From the NCBI GenBank assembly GCA_951406725.2, contig OX597835.1, forward strand, positions 18,972,001 through 19,036,000: DNA of 64,000 bases, in the 5' to 3' direction. Each line of letters starts with the position of its first letter. The first letter of the stretch is position 1. Shown piece by piece: positions 13,733-26,494 of this stretch. The notes below the pieces were generated by a model. That model had not been told where the DNA came from and ran no database searches. It saw only the letters and a list, made by a program, of their open reading frames with translations. Both the position numbers and the translations under genes were made by a program. The DNA comes from Octopus vulgaris (taxonomy: Eukaryota).

Positions 13733-13769
<37 letters not shown>

Positions 13770-14672
13770 GCGCAGGCGTAAACTCGTCTATGTATGTATG
13801 TGTTTATTAATTTCCCCTCTTGGTCTAGATAACATATTTCATTAATGTCCTAACACGAAACAACATATGTTGTAGAAGCCCTCTGTGACCCTGCAATTGA
13901 ACTGGAAGCTGTCATTCTGTTACCATGAAGTAATCTGATTATATTAGACAGTATACTGGCTAATATAATAATTTTCATTTAATGATATTTCGTAAGTTTT
14001 AGCACATATCACTACAACGTATTGCTTTCCACTAGATGAGCAATGAACTGTGAGCTTCCAGCCGCCAATTCGACGGTATACTTGTACGCGAAAATCACTG
14101 TCACTGTTAGAAATCTTCTTATAATGTTTTCTTTAACCCATAACAATAGAGACCACTTCAACTCACCACGCGATTGTTTGTTCCTGTCTTTTGCAGTCAA
14201 TAATGCTATGCAACTGGGAACAAGATTCCCACTATAACAATAATCAGAAGCTAACTGTACCAGATACCAGTTAGTGTTGGGATCTACCCAATGAGAATTT
14301 TTTTTTTTAAATGCTTGACCCATGATCCAATAAGAGCATTGTTTATTTATATAAAAGTTAAACGTTTCCGTTTAAATCTGAGATTGAGAAGTTTATACGT
14401 TTCAGTAAAATGCTATTTGCAGTTCAGACCTACGTGGGACCTATTGGAACGCGTAAGAAAACTATTCATTGTGTATTGTCATGGAGAAAAAATTCTCGCT
14501 GTGGACAAATGGAGTAAATACACAGAAAGTCATCGCGCAGCGCCAACCACACAGACTATAAGATTCAAGTATTTTGGAGTGATTATCTCCTCTTCAGTGA
14601 CAGAAACCGAACATGATATGCTGCAAGCTGACAAGAGAGACTGTATTATTTATGATATTCGTCATTCATTAA

Positions 14673-15445
14673 GGCGGCGAGCTGGCAGAAACGTTAGCAC
14701 GCCGGGCGAAATGCTTAGCAGTATTTCGTCTGCCGCTACATTCTGAGTTCAAATTACGCCGAGGTCGACTTTGCCTTTCAATCTTTCAGGGTCGATTAAA
14801 TAATTACCAGTTGCGCACTGGGGGCAATATAATCGATTTAATCTGTTTGTCTGTCCTTGTTTGTCCTCTCTGTGTTTAGCCCCTTGTGGGTAGTAAAGAA
14901 ATAGGTATTTCGTCTGTCTTTACGTACTGAGATCAATTCCACCGAGGTCGACTTTGCTTTCATCCTTTCGCGGACAATAAATTAAGTACCGGTCACTTAA
15001 TCCCTTTGTCTGTCCTTGTTTGTCCCCTCTATGTTTAGCCCATTGTGGGCAATAAAGAAATAAGAAATGTTAGCACGCCGGGCGAAATGCTTAGCGGTAT
15101 TTTGTCTGCCGTTACGTTCTGAGTTGAAATTCCGCCGAGGTCGACTTTGCCTTACATCCTTTCGGGTAGATAAATTAAGTACCAGTTTCACAGTGGGGTC
15201 GATATAATCGACTTAATCCGTCTGTTTGTCCTTGTTTGTCCTCTCTGTGTTTAGCCCCTTGTGGATAGTAAAGAAATAGGTATTTTGTCTGGCTTTACGT
15301 ACTGAGTTCAAATTCCAGCGAGGTCGACTTAGCCTTTCACATCCTTGCGGTGCCGGTAAGTTAAATACCAGTTGCGTACTGGGGTCGATCTAATCGACTG
15401 GGGCCCTCCCCACAAATTTCGGGCCTTGTGCCTAGAGCAGAAAAT
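14673..15445 (+). mobile_element. SINE family C, four-unit tandem/nested array
   Basis: tRNA-like head GGCGGCGAGCTGGCAGAAACGTTAG, B box GAGTTCAAAT; central GCCTTTCATCCTTTCGGGGTCGATAAA..AGTACC resembles the Meta-SINE domain; units start ~14673, 14903, 15063, 15279. Confidence 0.9.
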
Positions 15446-16051
15446 AATATTTACTCCATTTGTGTACATTGACGAAACACAACGAATAGCTTTCTTACGG
15501 GTTCGAATGTGCTTCAAGTACAATTGAACTGGTAATTGATTTGCATTTATAGGCATCACTGCTTAGCGTTGCCACCCGGTAAGTTATACGCTTCGCCTCG
15601 TACAAACTTCAGATACATTGCTTCTGAGTCAACCTTTTAATACAAACTTTCCGAAATGTTTTCGAATGCTCTAATTCGTTTGTGTAACCGTCTTGGAACG
15701 TAAGCATCTTAAGCACACTCTGCTGCCTCACTTCTGATATGAATCATTTCATCATTTAAAATGTTAATTTCTGAGAAGACGTGTTTCATGAATAATTTAT
15801 TCTGTTCTACGATCTTCATGACTTGACAAAACCCCGCAGCTGCAGCAACAGATGTGTTTCACACTCACGCAGCACACTAATGAACACCATATATATATAT
15901 ATACATAACTTGCTAAAATAAATACATAGTCAAGGTATATAATTCTATCTATACATATGTAGATACGTATTATAAATACATGCATACGTATACGTATATA
16001 CTGATGTGTTAGTGTATGTATTGTAAGTATATGAATGTATCTATTTAAGTA

Positions 16052-16104
<53 letters not shown>

Positions 16105-16106
<2 letters not shown>

Positions 16107-16210
16107 TAATAAATCTTAGGGTAGCAAAAAAATTTTAGAAAAAAATTCTAGAAAAATTCTCCGCTACCAGTGGTCTAGCGAGAAGGAAAGTATAGTCATT
16201 AGATTATATA
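16105..16210. mobile_element. fragment related to the 60885-62073 HHR element
   Basis: AGGGTAGCAAAAAAATTTT...GCTACCAGTGGTCTAG...ATAGTCAT resembles 60900-60970; flanked by (TA)n. Confidence 0.6.
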
Positions 16211-16280
16211 TTATTCATATATATATATATATATATATATTATTTGACTATTATTATCTATTATGTGTTTATATATATTC

Positions 16281-16319
<39 letters not shown>

Positions 16320-16332
16320 AATAATATATATA

Positions 16333-16719
16333 GGAGTCGCAATGGCTTCCCCCCAGTGGTTAGAGCAGCGGACTCGCGGTCATAGGATCACGGTTTCGAT
16401 TTCCAGACCGGGCGTTGTGAGTGTTTATTGAGCGAAAACACCTTAAAGCCCCACGAGGCTCCGGCAGGGGATAGTGGTGATCCCTGCTGTACTCTTTCAC
16501 CACAACTTTCTCTCACTCTTACTTCCTGTTTCTGTTGTACCTGTATTTCAAGGGGCCGGCATTGTCACTCTCTGTGTCACGCTGAATATCCCCGAGAACT
16601 ACGTTAAGGGTGTACGTGTCTGTGGAGTGCTCAGCCACTTACTCGTTAATTTCACGAGCAGGCTGTTCCGTTGATTCGAATCAACCGGAACCCTCATCGT
16701 CGTAACCAACGGAGTGCTT

Positions 16720-16722
<3 letters not shown>
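16333..16722 (+). mobile_element. SINE family A, full length
   Basis: Head to tail matches the other family A copies; lies in a TA tract. Confidence 0.93.
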
Positions 16723-16801
<79 letters not shown>

Positions 16802-17520
16802 ATATATTTATGTGTGTGAATATACCAGACATAAGTTTGTTAAACTACAAAATACAAAATATAAATTTCTACACTACCACACTTGAAACGCACCTGTGAT
16901 AGCAATTCATCTCGATTTGAATGTGTGTGAAGGTATTTAGAATGTCCAAACTTATTTCTGTAAATGTGCTATGCACTGATGCTGACCACAGTTTAATCAA
17001 GAAGCGTAGAAGCGAGGTAAATGCAGTAACAACAGCGGGGTCAGAGATACCTTTTAGCGGCCCTTTAGAAATTGATCCTCCTTACGATACCCACCAGGAG
17101 TTCATGGTATGAAATTAATTATTGTTCTGATTTGGTCATCAATAGCATTTATTTAGATGAAAATACAGTAAAAGTAGTGGAGGTGTCAGTGGAGCCCCAG
17201 TTGGGCGGCCCTTAAAAGAATAGACACACTTTTGACATTCCTTGATATTAGGGGTCTTGCTGGTTTGCGTTTCGTTGTCCTTGCGCCAACGATATATGAG
17301 AAGTTAACGAACACAAAAGCGTAATGGACGGAGAAAATATGACTCTAATTTATAATAGTATGTGTGTGTGTGCATGTGTCTGTTTATCTGCGTGTGTCTG
17401 TGTGTGTTTCTGTATGTGTGTGACATGTAACGTGTCTGGAATAGTATCACAATGCAGAGTGGACTGTAATAACTGTTAGAAATAATTTAAATTTTCATAG
17501 TCTAATATTTCAGAATATAA

Positions 17521-17900
17521 GGAAGCACTCCGTCGGTTACGACGACGAGGGTTCCGGTTGATCCGATCAACGGAACAGCCTGCTCGTGAAATTAACGTGT
17601 AAGTGGTTGAGCACTCCACAGACACGTGTACCCTTAACGTAGTTCTCGGGGATATTCAGCGTGACACAGAATGTGACAAGGCCGGCCCTTTGAAATACAG
17701 GTACAACAGAAACAGGAAGTAAGAGTGAGAGAAAGTTGTGGTGAAAGAGTACAGCAGGGATCACTACCATCCCTGCCGGAGAATGTGGAGCTTTAGGTGT
17801 TTTCACTCAATAAACACTCACAACGCCCGGTCTGGGAATCGAAACCGCGATCCTACGACCGCGTGTCCACTGCCCTAACCACTGGGCCATTGCGCCTCCA
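17521..17900 (-). mobile_element. SINE family A, full length
   Basis: Reverse complement of 16333-16722 / 36002-36390. Confidence 0.93.
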
Positions 17901-18076
17901 CTCTTTCGGAATATAAAAATTCCTTCTCCAAAGATTGCTAGGAGTTAACGTAAATATACCAGCAAATATACGATACGTACATAATTAATTTGTTACGTAT
18001 GCATGTATGTATGAATGCATATATATCCATGTTTGTATTTTTTAAATATACTTGCATATATGTGTAGATATGTTTG

Positions 18077-18292
18077 CAGCGAGCTTTCAGAATCGTTACC
18101 TCGTCGGGCAGAATGTTTTGCGTGCGACATTTCGCTCGATTTTACATTCTGAGATTAAATTTCACGAATGTCAAAGTTAGGTTTTCATCGTTTCCGGGTC
18201 GATAATTTAAGTACCAGTTGAGCACAGTGTTTGATGTAATCAACTTACCCCATCCCCTGAAACCACTGACCTTGTGCTAAAATTCATAACCA
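18077..18292 (+). mobile_element. SINE family C, old degenerate copy
   Basis: GCGAGCTTTCAGAATCGTTA...TTTTCATCGTTTCCGGGTCGATAATTTAAGTACCAGTT. Confidence 0.7.
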
Positions 18293-18469
18293 ATATTTAG
18301 CAAACATTCTCTTCCAGTTGGATCTCATGCCAATGATATCCTCAATCTTGTAATATATTTGTTAGCGCTTTGTATATTCTATCTTTTGTGTAAAAAATAC
18401 GCCCTGAGTATTTCATACAAATGAATTGCAAGGAATTAATAATATTCAAGGTGAGATTTTATAATAACA

Positions 18470-18846
18470 CTAGCAGTATCGCCCGGCGTTGCTCGGGTTT
18501 GTAAGGGAAATAACTATAAAGCATCTTTAGAGAGTTATAACCAAAAAATAGAAAAAAATAGAAAAAAAATTATGGTAAATTTTTTTTGAGAGTGAAAAAA
18601 AGGTCGAGTTGCGTCCACTAGACGGTCTGTGGTTTGTGTTTCTGATTCTCGTACCCATGTCGAATTTATCGATTTTTTTCAGAACTGGGGGAACTTTTCA
18701 AAATTTTCGCTGTGTTAGTTTTGAATTATGACATTGGGCTATGTGTGTGTCAAGTTTCATCAGAATCGTTTGAAAGCCATGGTCAGGGTGAGGGTACAAC
18801 CTGACAGACACACAGAGACACAGACAGACAAATATATATAGAGAGA
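18470..18846 (-). mobile_element. non-autonomous Helitron
   Basis: Minus strand reads A|TC...CCCGAGCAACGCCGGG hairpin...CTAG|T with no TSD; second copy at 37093-37466. Confidence 0.85.
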
Positions 18847-19044
18847 TTCGATGCCTGAACAAGGATTTAAGTCTGTTGCATGACTCCTTTTCAGCATTTC
18901 AGTTCAATCACGCAATGCTAAATTGAATTTTCAATTAATTCTTGAAGGGATCCCTATCAGAGTCGATGAGTTTATATTTAAAGCCTTTCTTCAAAGTTAT
19001 AATTATTCTATAATTTCTTTTATTTATTTTTATTTTTTCGGTTT

Positions 19045-19176
19045 TCAGGTCGAATACTTTACAGAGATAGTTGTTGAGGGTCTTCTGGTTTGCTCTCTTG
19101 AACCTGTTGATTTAGGATTCATAACTGTCTTTAATCCGTTCTTAGTTGAGATATGATGACGCAGACGATACTTTTC
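19045..19176 (-). CDS. candidate terminal coding exon of an unidentified gene (EKYRLRHHISTKNGLKTVMNPKSTGSREQTRRPSTTISVKYST*)
   Basis: Strong polypyrimidine acceptor (long T run then CTCAG) followed by 43 open codons of non-repetitive sequence; no homology recognised. Confidence 0.3.
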   Translation of the reverse strand, partial: EKYRLRHHISTKNGLKTVMNPKSTGSREQTRRPSTTISVKYST

Positions 19177-19333
19177 CTGAGAAAAAAAAAATAGAAGAAA
19201 AAATACAATGCCAAGATTCCCATAAATGTTCAGCATTTCAGTAACGGCGGACATTTTGTTGCTTCCACCTCGCTAAATTTATATGTCGGACAAATGTAAA
19301 TGGAATTCTATAAATATATAAACTATAGAAATG

Positions 19334-19393
<60 letters not shown>

Positions 19394-19629
19394 TATATTT
19401 ATATATATATATATGCGTGTGTATATATGTATTTATACACACACGTGTATGTATATTTATGGATGTGCAAGTGCATGTATACGCATGTAGGCCTTATGTA
19501 TGCATACGTCAACGATGTACGAAAGATTTACATGACCAATCAAAACTAAAAGTAACATTGTTATAAGGCAATGCCTGAATATTATCAGATTAGAATTAAA
19601 TGCCGAAGAACGAGAGTGAAATTTATCTA

Positions 19630-19709
<80 letters not shown>

Positions 19710-19796
19710 CGTGTGTGTGTGTGTATATATACATATATTTATTTGTATGTGTGTGCCTACATGATATCGATGTGAGTGTATGTGTATACAATACAT

Positions 19797-19868
<72 letters not shown>

Positions 19869-20489
19869 AAGAACTAGAGAGCTAGGTACGGAATGAAATC
19901 TAGACTTAGAGTGAGTTAAGTAGTTAAGTTTAAAGGAAATATTGCATTAAAAGTAAAGCAGAATAGAATATATGTTGCTGAGTGACATAGAGTCCGTAGA
20001 AGTTTCGTAATGGAGAGATTAGAGTGGATGGCGCAAGAATGAACCATTCATGGAACTAAATCTGGTGACTCCATTTGATATTGCAAATGAATTCTAGAAA
20101 CCTAAATCTTACATCAGTTTCAAGATAGAACTTTCCAGAATGAATTCTTTATCAGCTTAATGACTAAAATATTAGTGTTGGTTTCTGGTGGCAAGTCTAT
20201 TTCAGAATAAACTTGTGGCCAACTTGATATTTAGGCGCTTCTCTGTATGACTGACTTTGGTCTGTCGGCGAATAAAGTATATAGCAGCCATTGCTAAATT
20301 TTATTTCTCCAGTTAATATATTATCTGTAAAGTATTTACTAATCTTCGAAAGAGAGCAGTCACTTTCGTCGTACAGAATAGCAGTGCATAGGTATTTGAA
20401 TAATATATTCAGGATTGTGTTGTAACACAGTAAATTGTACAAAAGGGGTGGCCAGCTGTACTGTCGATATTCATCATGTCTTTGGTTCA

Positions 20490-20850
20490 GAGACGAAAAT
20501 TGTGCAACACGTGACACTGTGTATTCGACTTCCACAACAAGCTAATAGCACAGGAGTATACAAATCTAACGTTTAAGAGGGTTTTGTCGCTGTATATATA
20601 ATTCGGAAACGTTCGGCTGTTTGGTGTTCTACGCTTGGAGGTCTCTTTTTAAAACGATAATGATACAATGCCGAAATGTAGAACATTAGCATACAAAACT
20701 CATACGGAAGCTGGCCATAGTTCCTGACTTGCAAATCAATCAGTAATTCTTTTAAGTTGTTCTCGACAAAATCCCTTCCAGGACATTGTCATTCATATCC
20801 TCCGACAATCTGCTCTAGATTATAAGTATTGTTATTTTACTGAGTGTTGT
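20490..20850 (-). mobile_element. possible decayed L1/Tx1-type ORF1 relic
   Basis: Frames read TILII*SRLSEDMNDNVLEGILSR, RTFPNYIY and CGSRIHSVTCC (partial CCHC knuckle), inside a ~2.3-kb microsatellite-free block. Confidence 0.3.
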
Positions 20851-22813
20851 GTGCAAGTCTTTTCCAACAGTCTCGATGTTTGACACTCAAATTCTGTCTC
20901 CGCTTGTCCCAAGAAGCTCGATCCAAGACAGGAGTAGCAAGATGATGCTCCTCAACTTGGTCCTGTGATTTTAAGGGCAAACATAGGCTTCATTCGCTAA
21001 CTGATATACACAATATCATAGGGCCAACTATGTCTGCCTATATCCAAGGAGGCGGTTACGTTGCTGACGACTTTTCCGGTCCTTATCCAGAATGTGGTGC
21101 TATCTAAGACAAAATTTGTTTGCCTTCACCAAGTTTCTTAGTCCAGTGATAGACGTTACGGAAGGCCACTGTAGTCTTGACATTCCGGTTACCAAATTGC
21201 AAGCTCATTGGTTGTTGGGTTCGCAACATTGAAGATTGAGAGAGTTCTGTTGTTAACCTTCTAGACCTCTATACTAGGTATATGCTCCCGTATGACCTCA
21301 CTGTGTCCAGATAAAAGTAATTCATGTGAAAGCAGAACATTCTTTTGCAGTGCAGGTGCTATGGATGTAGTCAAATTTTCTCAGCTAAGATTTCTTCCTG
21401 TTTCGATTAGAGAATATTTGTCTTGTTTCACTTATCGTGAACAATGTGTGGTCGTCAATATATAGAAGTAATATGTTTTCATCCTGGTTTTTCAATCACA
21501 TGCACAAGCCTCGATCTTAACAATATGCATGTCAGAGGGAGTAACATAATCCAAAAGAGCAATTTGAGAGGAGTAGTCTCCTTAGTGTTCTCACTCATTG
21601 AATTTTTACATTACTTAATGATTCACTTCCACTAATTTGTACTTTTCATGATCTCAACTTTTCGAACAAATTCATCCAATCTTTTCATTAATCTTCTCAG
21701 ACTCCCTCAAGAGCCAGAAGCGTAGAACGACCCCTTAAGTTTTCTTGTAGTTCGCTCATCTAATGACATAGTTAATTTTTCCTATTTGTACCTCATAAAT
21801 ACCACGCTATACATATACAACACATCAACAATTACACTAGACTTCCTTCTGCATTACTTTGGTTCCTCTGGTAATAGATTCTTCTCCTCCAAAACACAAT
21901 GCAATTCATCAGCTATGAGCTCAGCTAATGATTTCCATATTAAGAGTAAGCATAATAGAGATCTATAGTAACTGATTTCCCCTGTCTGTAGGTTGTCGTT
22001 GTTTATGAGCAAATTCTGTCCTCTCTCTTGTCAGATAAATTGTTGTTCTATTTTCTATACAGCTTTTCAAAAAAGCTAGTATACACCTGCTCATGCATAT
22101 GAAGAAATTAAAAAAAAAATAATTCGTCGACACCGTCCGTTCTACGGGTTTTCCAATTTGGTATTTCTTCAGTTTCATTTTCACTTTCTCAACTGCGATA
22201 TTTATATTTTCTTGCTTTGTATTATTTCAGAGAGTTTATTACAATAGATTTTGACACTTTAATGTGTTTGCCTCATTTGGATTAATTGTCAGTTCTATGG
22301 ATGATGGAGGAGAAAGAATCTTCATTTTCAAGAGAATATGTAGGCTAATCCAATGAGAACTGATACGTCGAATTGGATAAGCATCAAAGATAGAAACAGC
22401 TGAGAAATTTTACTCCCGTCGATAAGTGTATTTACAAAATGAAAGACTATTTCTCGTAATTTATAATGAAAATAGAAGATATTTGTGTGTAGGTGTACGA
22501 GTGTATGTGTGTATGTGTGCATGTATGTGTTTATGTCTATATTTTTTCGTCTGCTTAATTGAACTCCTCATATCAGCTAGATAATATTTGTTCAGATATC
22601 TTTCCTGCGAAAGTCATTCACCGCTTTCTACACATACTTCGACATCAAGAGGAATGTCTATGTTGTGAATCGGCATATTTTAATGCCCACCAAATCTTTT
22701 GATAGTTAAAGAAACAAATACTACACACTGCAGTAAAGAAGGATACAACGTACCGTGCTTTCCTATCCCCTATATCATATATATATATATGTATGTATAT
22801 ATATATATTTAGA

Positions 22814-22974
22814 GGACCTGGAGTGGCTGTGTAGTAAGTAGGTTGCTTACCAACCACATGACTCTGGGTTCAGTCCAACTGCCTGGTATCTTGGTCAAGT
22901 ATCTTCTACTATAGTCTCGGACCAACCAAAACCTAGTGAGAGTATTGGTAGACGGAAGATGAAAGAAGCCCGTC

Positions 22975-22978
<4 letters not shown>
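22814..22978 (+). mobile_element. SINE family B, 5' half
   Basis: GGAGTGGCTGTGTAGTAAG...GAAAGAAGCCCGTCGTATAT, ending in the internal TA tract. Confidence 0.85.
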
Positions 22979-23028
<50 letters not shown>

Positions 23029-23032
<4 letters not shown>

Positions 23033-23460
23033 TATTTGAGCAGTTGAATGAATAATCTTATTATGGATAATTCGGTTAACCGATACCTGGGTAGCAAATT
23101 CACGTCAGAAAAACACGGTTGAAGCTACATGCCAAGGGCAGAGATCACGTGCCTTCGTGTGGAAATTTGTGTGTTTTTTTAAATACAAATAAATGAAAGA
23201 ATGGAGTTGAACGACGAATTAACAAAATTTCTTTATTCTCGACATATGTTTCGAAGGCTGCATATTCCTAATTTCGAAGGAATAAGGAATATGTCATCTT
23301 GACGCTGACATATGTTCCTTGTTTTTCCTGATGAGAAGGCGGCATAATGCACCCCTTATTCCTTCCAAATTAGGAATATGCAGCCTTCAAAACATATGTC
23401 GAGAATAAAGGAATTTTGTTAATTCGTCGTTCAACTCCATTCTTTCATTTATTTATTCAA
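23029..23460 (+). mobile_element. fold-back HHR element flanked by (TA)n (Penelope-like inverted terminal repeat arrangement)
   Basis: ~100-bp inverted arms 23187-23287 and 23354-23454; HHR at 23315-23413. Confidence 0.75.
23315..23413 (+). ncRNA. type I hammerhead ribozyme motif (G12 mutated in this arm)
   Basis: Stem I TTCCTTgtTTTTC/GAGAAtaAAGGAA (11/13), CTGATGA 23328-23334, stem II GAAGGCgGCATA/TATGCaGCCTTC, AAAA for GAAA (G kept in the inverted arm at 23252), palindromic stem III ACATATGT, GTC site 23398-23400. Confidence 0.75.
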
Positions 23461-23632
23461 ATATATATATATATATATATATATATAGCTTGATGAAATT
23501 TTATTTCACAATGTGAAAATTCAAATATCACGACAAAAAGTTTTCGTAAGTTAAGATCATGTATCGTAATATACATTCTATATGTCTTGTAGAATGATAC
23601 ATTAATGAGTTTTATTTGTGACTACCATCTGA

Positions 23633-23718
<86 letters not shown>

Positions 23719-24383
23719 AAGAGAGGGAGATGTGGATAGATAGATAGAGTGACATATTTTTCTGTGTGTACATATGCTGTTGTATCCCTCATATTCTCCA
23801 TATTAAAATAGTATATGATGAACATAGGTTAGAGCAAAATTAGCTCAATTAATTGATTGAACAAGATTCATTTGAAGTTAAACAATAACAAACAAAATAG
23901 AATTAATTACAGTTATATGCACCCCATTTAGGAGTTTCTACCTCATAACGTGTTGTGAAATATACAGCATACATAGAAAATATGTTCCTCAAATGTTCCT
24001 CAACTGACTGACTATCATCAATAACAATATAAACATGATAATTTTGTGTTACATGTATTATATTTCATGTCAAGATGACACAGGTTAATTTCTCCTCTTG
24101 GATTCCATTTATTATATGAGTGATCTCCTCATAGCTGAAACTAAAACATCATTAACAACGATGATTAAATGACAAAGTGTTAATAAAAGAAATGCTATAA
24201 AATAGTGTTTGTTTCATGTGTGAATCACATCCTACTGTCTTATACATCAGAACGAATGATATGATTTGAAGGAATGCTAAATGTACAACACTGTGTGCGT
24301 GCCAACGACAATTACAAATCCTTTAGAACTGGAATGATGTGCCTTAATATGAAAGAACTAAATGACACATCCTCAAATATTAC

Positions 24384-24449
24384 CAATAGGAAGTGCAGTC
24401 CTGTACATAGTGTACCCGAAACAAATAAAGAAACTGATACAGAAATTGC
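24384..24449 (-). CDS. candidate internal exon (AISVSVSLFVSGTLCTGLHFLL, transmembrane-like)
   Basis: Acceptor TTGTTTCCAG (alternative TTTTTTAG giving a start at 24468), donor TTG|GTAATA, 66 nt phase 0-0, in frame with 19045-19176. Confidence 0.25.
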
Positions 24450-24501
24450 CTGGAAACAATTGTAGTGACTAAAAAATAGAAGTCCAACTGCGCCCCTTGT
24501 T

Positions 24502-24573
<72 letters not shown>

Positions 24574-24594
24574 TGTATGTACATATACATACAT

Positions 24595-24629
<35 letters not shown>

Positions 24630-24644
24630 CATACATACATATAT

Positions 24645-24841
24645 AGAGGGAGAATTTATGAAAAAAACAAGAGGAAGACAGGTGGTGTACAAAACAAACT
24701 GATGTATTAGTATAACGCTGAGGAATAGAAAAATTCCTTTTTCGTTTCGAGCCTACGCTCTTCTACAGAAAGGGACACAGAAAAAACAAGGAGAGAAACG
24801 AAAGAAAAAAAATGTGTGTAGTGGCTAACGATCTATCATGG
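24645..24841 (-). mobile_element. HHR-bearing short element (family H1)
   Basis: Homologous to 8404-8603 and 58324-58520; core CTGTAGA-A-GAGCgtagGCTC-GAAA at ~24736-24774, cleavage triplet mutated. Confidence 0.75.
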
Positions 24842-24908
24842 AGATTGTAATCAACTTACAACTTCCCTCAAAATTGCTAGCCTTGCGCCAAGACGGTGAA
24901 ACAAATAC

Positions 24909-25028
24909 TTAGAAGTAAAATGCAGTGAGGGCAAGAGCCCAATCAGGCATTCGTTGCTTTTTTGTTGAGGTAAATTCCTTGTATATTTTGACTTGAGTTT
25001 CTATAGATGTGTCTTCTTTGTTTGACAT
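24909..25028 (-). CDS. candidate exon (MSNKEDTSIETQVKIYKEFTSTKKQRMPDWALALTAFYF*)
   Basis: Acceptor CATTTCAG|ATG, 120 nt, last codon TAA directly followed by GTATTT. Confidence 0.22.
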   Translation of the reverse strand: MSNKEDTSIETQVKIYKEFTSTKKQRMPDWALALTAFYF

Positions 25029-25559
25029 CTGAAATGATGTATTGTGCAAAATCGACGTTGGCCATAAACGTTTATATATATGTGACAACGAAAAACATTT
25101 GTGAGCAGAATTTTTAGCTAACCCTACACAAATGTTTCTTCTCACGAGTCCACCGATTTTTATCCGATGTAATGGAAGCAGATTCGGTCCGATACAGCTT
25201 GGTATCTGAGCATCGCAGCCATTACTAGTTATCAGAATTCAAAATGTCGGAAACTATACGCCATATAATTTCGTGTGGCCCTTTAAGTGTTCCAACAACT
25301 CCCTCCCCCGCACATTATCAACATAAACAAACTTTATTACGTGACGATGACGTTTGCTTCAAACCATGACGCATGAATGTTCATAGTGATAAATATCAAA
25401 GCGAAAATATGGATAAATATATTCATATATTCCGACAAAACACATTAACACAAAAAGCTTTCAAAGTACATTAATCTGAAAGTGGAATAATTAAGCAGTT
25501 CGCGGCGTAGCAGAGTAAAGTTCGTACTAATAATAATCGGTGTAGCGACTATGTGACAA

Positions 25560-25573
25560 ATATATATACATAA

Positions 25574-25632
<59 letters not shown>

Positions 25633-25750
25633 TATACATATATATACATACATATATATACACATATATTTGTGTATATATATATTTATATATACATACA
25701 TATATATATATATGCATATATATATACATATATATATGTATATATACGTA

Positions 25751-25784
<34 letters not shown>

Positions 25785-25903
25785 CGTATATATACATATA
25801 TATATGTATATATATATGCATATATATATATGTATGTATATATAAATATATATATACACAAATATATGTGTATATATATGTATGTATATATATGTATATA
25901 TAT
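25560..25903. repeat. interrupted (TA)n tract forming an internal inverted repeat
   Basis: Unique interruptions (CACATATATTTGTG, TGCA, TACGTA) at ~25630-25750 are mirrored as reverse complement at ~25782-25903. Confidence 0.85.
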
Positions 25904-26110
25904 AGTAAAACTTGCCCAAGTTACCACGCAGTGTGACTGAACTGCATGGTAACTTGGGCAAGTTTTACTATTACAGCCTCAGGCGGACCAAAGCCTTGTA
26001 AGTGGATTTGTTTGACGGAAAGGGATTGAAGTCTGTCGTGCGATTGAATAAGTACAGACGGTGCTCCAGCATGACCGCAGTCATATGACTGAAACAAATT
26101 GAGGAATAAA
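25902..26110 (+). mobile_element. internally deleted SINE B relic with a 31-bp fold-back at its 5' end
   Basis: 25902-25932 vs 25941-25971 inverted (30/31); then GACCAAAGCCTTG... joined to tail GGTGCTCCAGCATGACCGCAGTC. Confidence 0.75.
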
Positions 26111-26494
26111 AGAATGCATTTTAAGAAAATTGAATGAAAATCCTTCGTAAATTTGATTGACCTGCGAGAAATAGTAGATAGAACCAACTGTTTTTTTTTT
26201 AAATAAGAGAATAAAACAAAGGTAAAACCCAGTGCAGTATACTCAAATCTAATTAACCTGCATTTTAAGGGTTTCATAATCGGCGTCCGAATCTTGTTTT
26301 AGTCAACAGAAATTCGCAGAGCCTGATTAATGCTTGTGGCAAATTTGGAGGAAAGCGACTGGATACTCTTCAAGATACGGTCCTTAACGCTATGAAAATG
26401 CTTTAAAAATTACGTTTATCTGTCAGTGGGCCCGCATTAGACAAGAAATTGAAAGTTTATTGACCCATGACACTCCATGAACCGCATTTGATGC

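Noticed and set aside
14012-14323. 103-aa non-repetitive minus-strand ORF and a small hairpin near 14190-14250
   Set aside because: No recognisable domain; hairpin too irregular for a pre-miRNA
14673-15445. CRISPR-like repeat/spacer appearance
   Set aside because: Units are SINE-derived, the spacers are homologous, the context is eukaryotic and no cas genes are present
17325-17335. TGGACGGAGAA matching the start of miR-184
   Set aside because: Match stops after 11 nt and no precursor hairpin is evident
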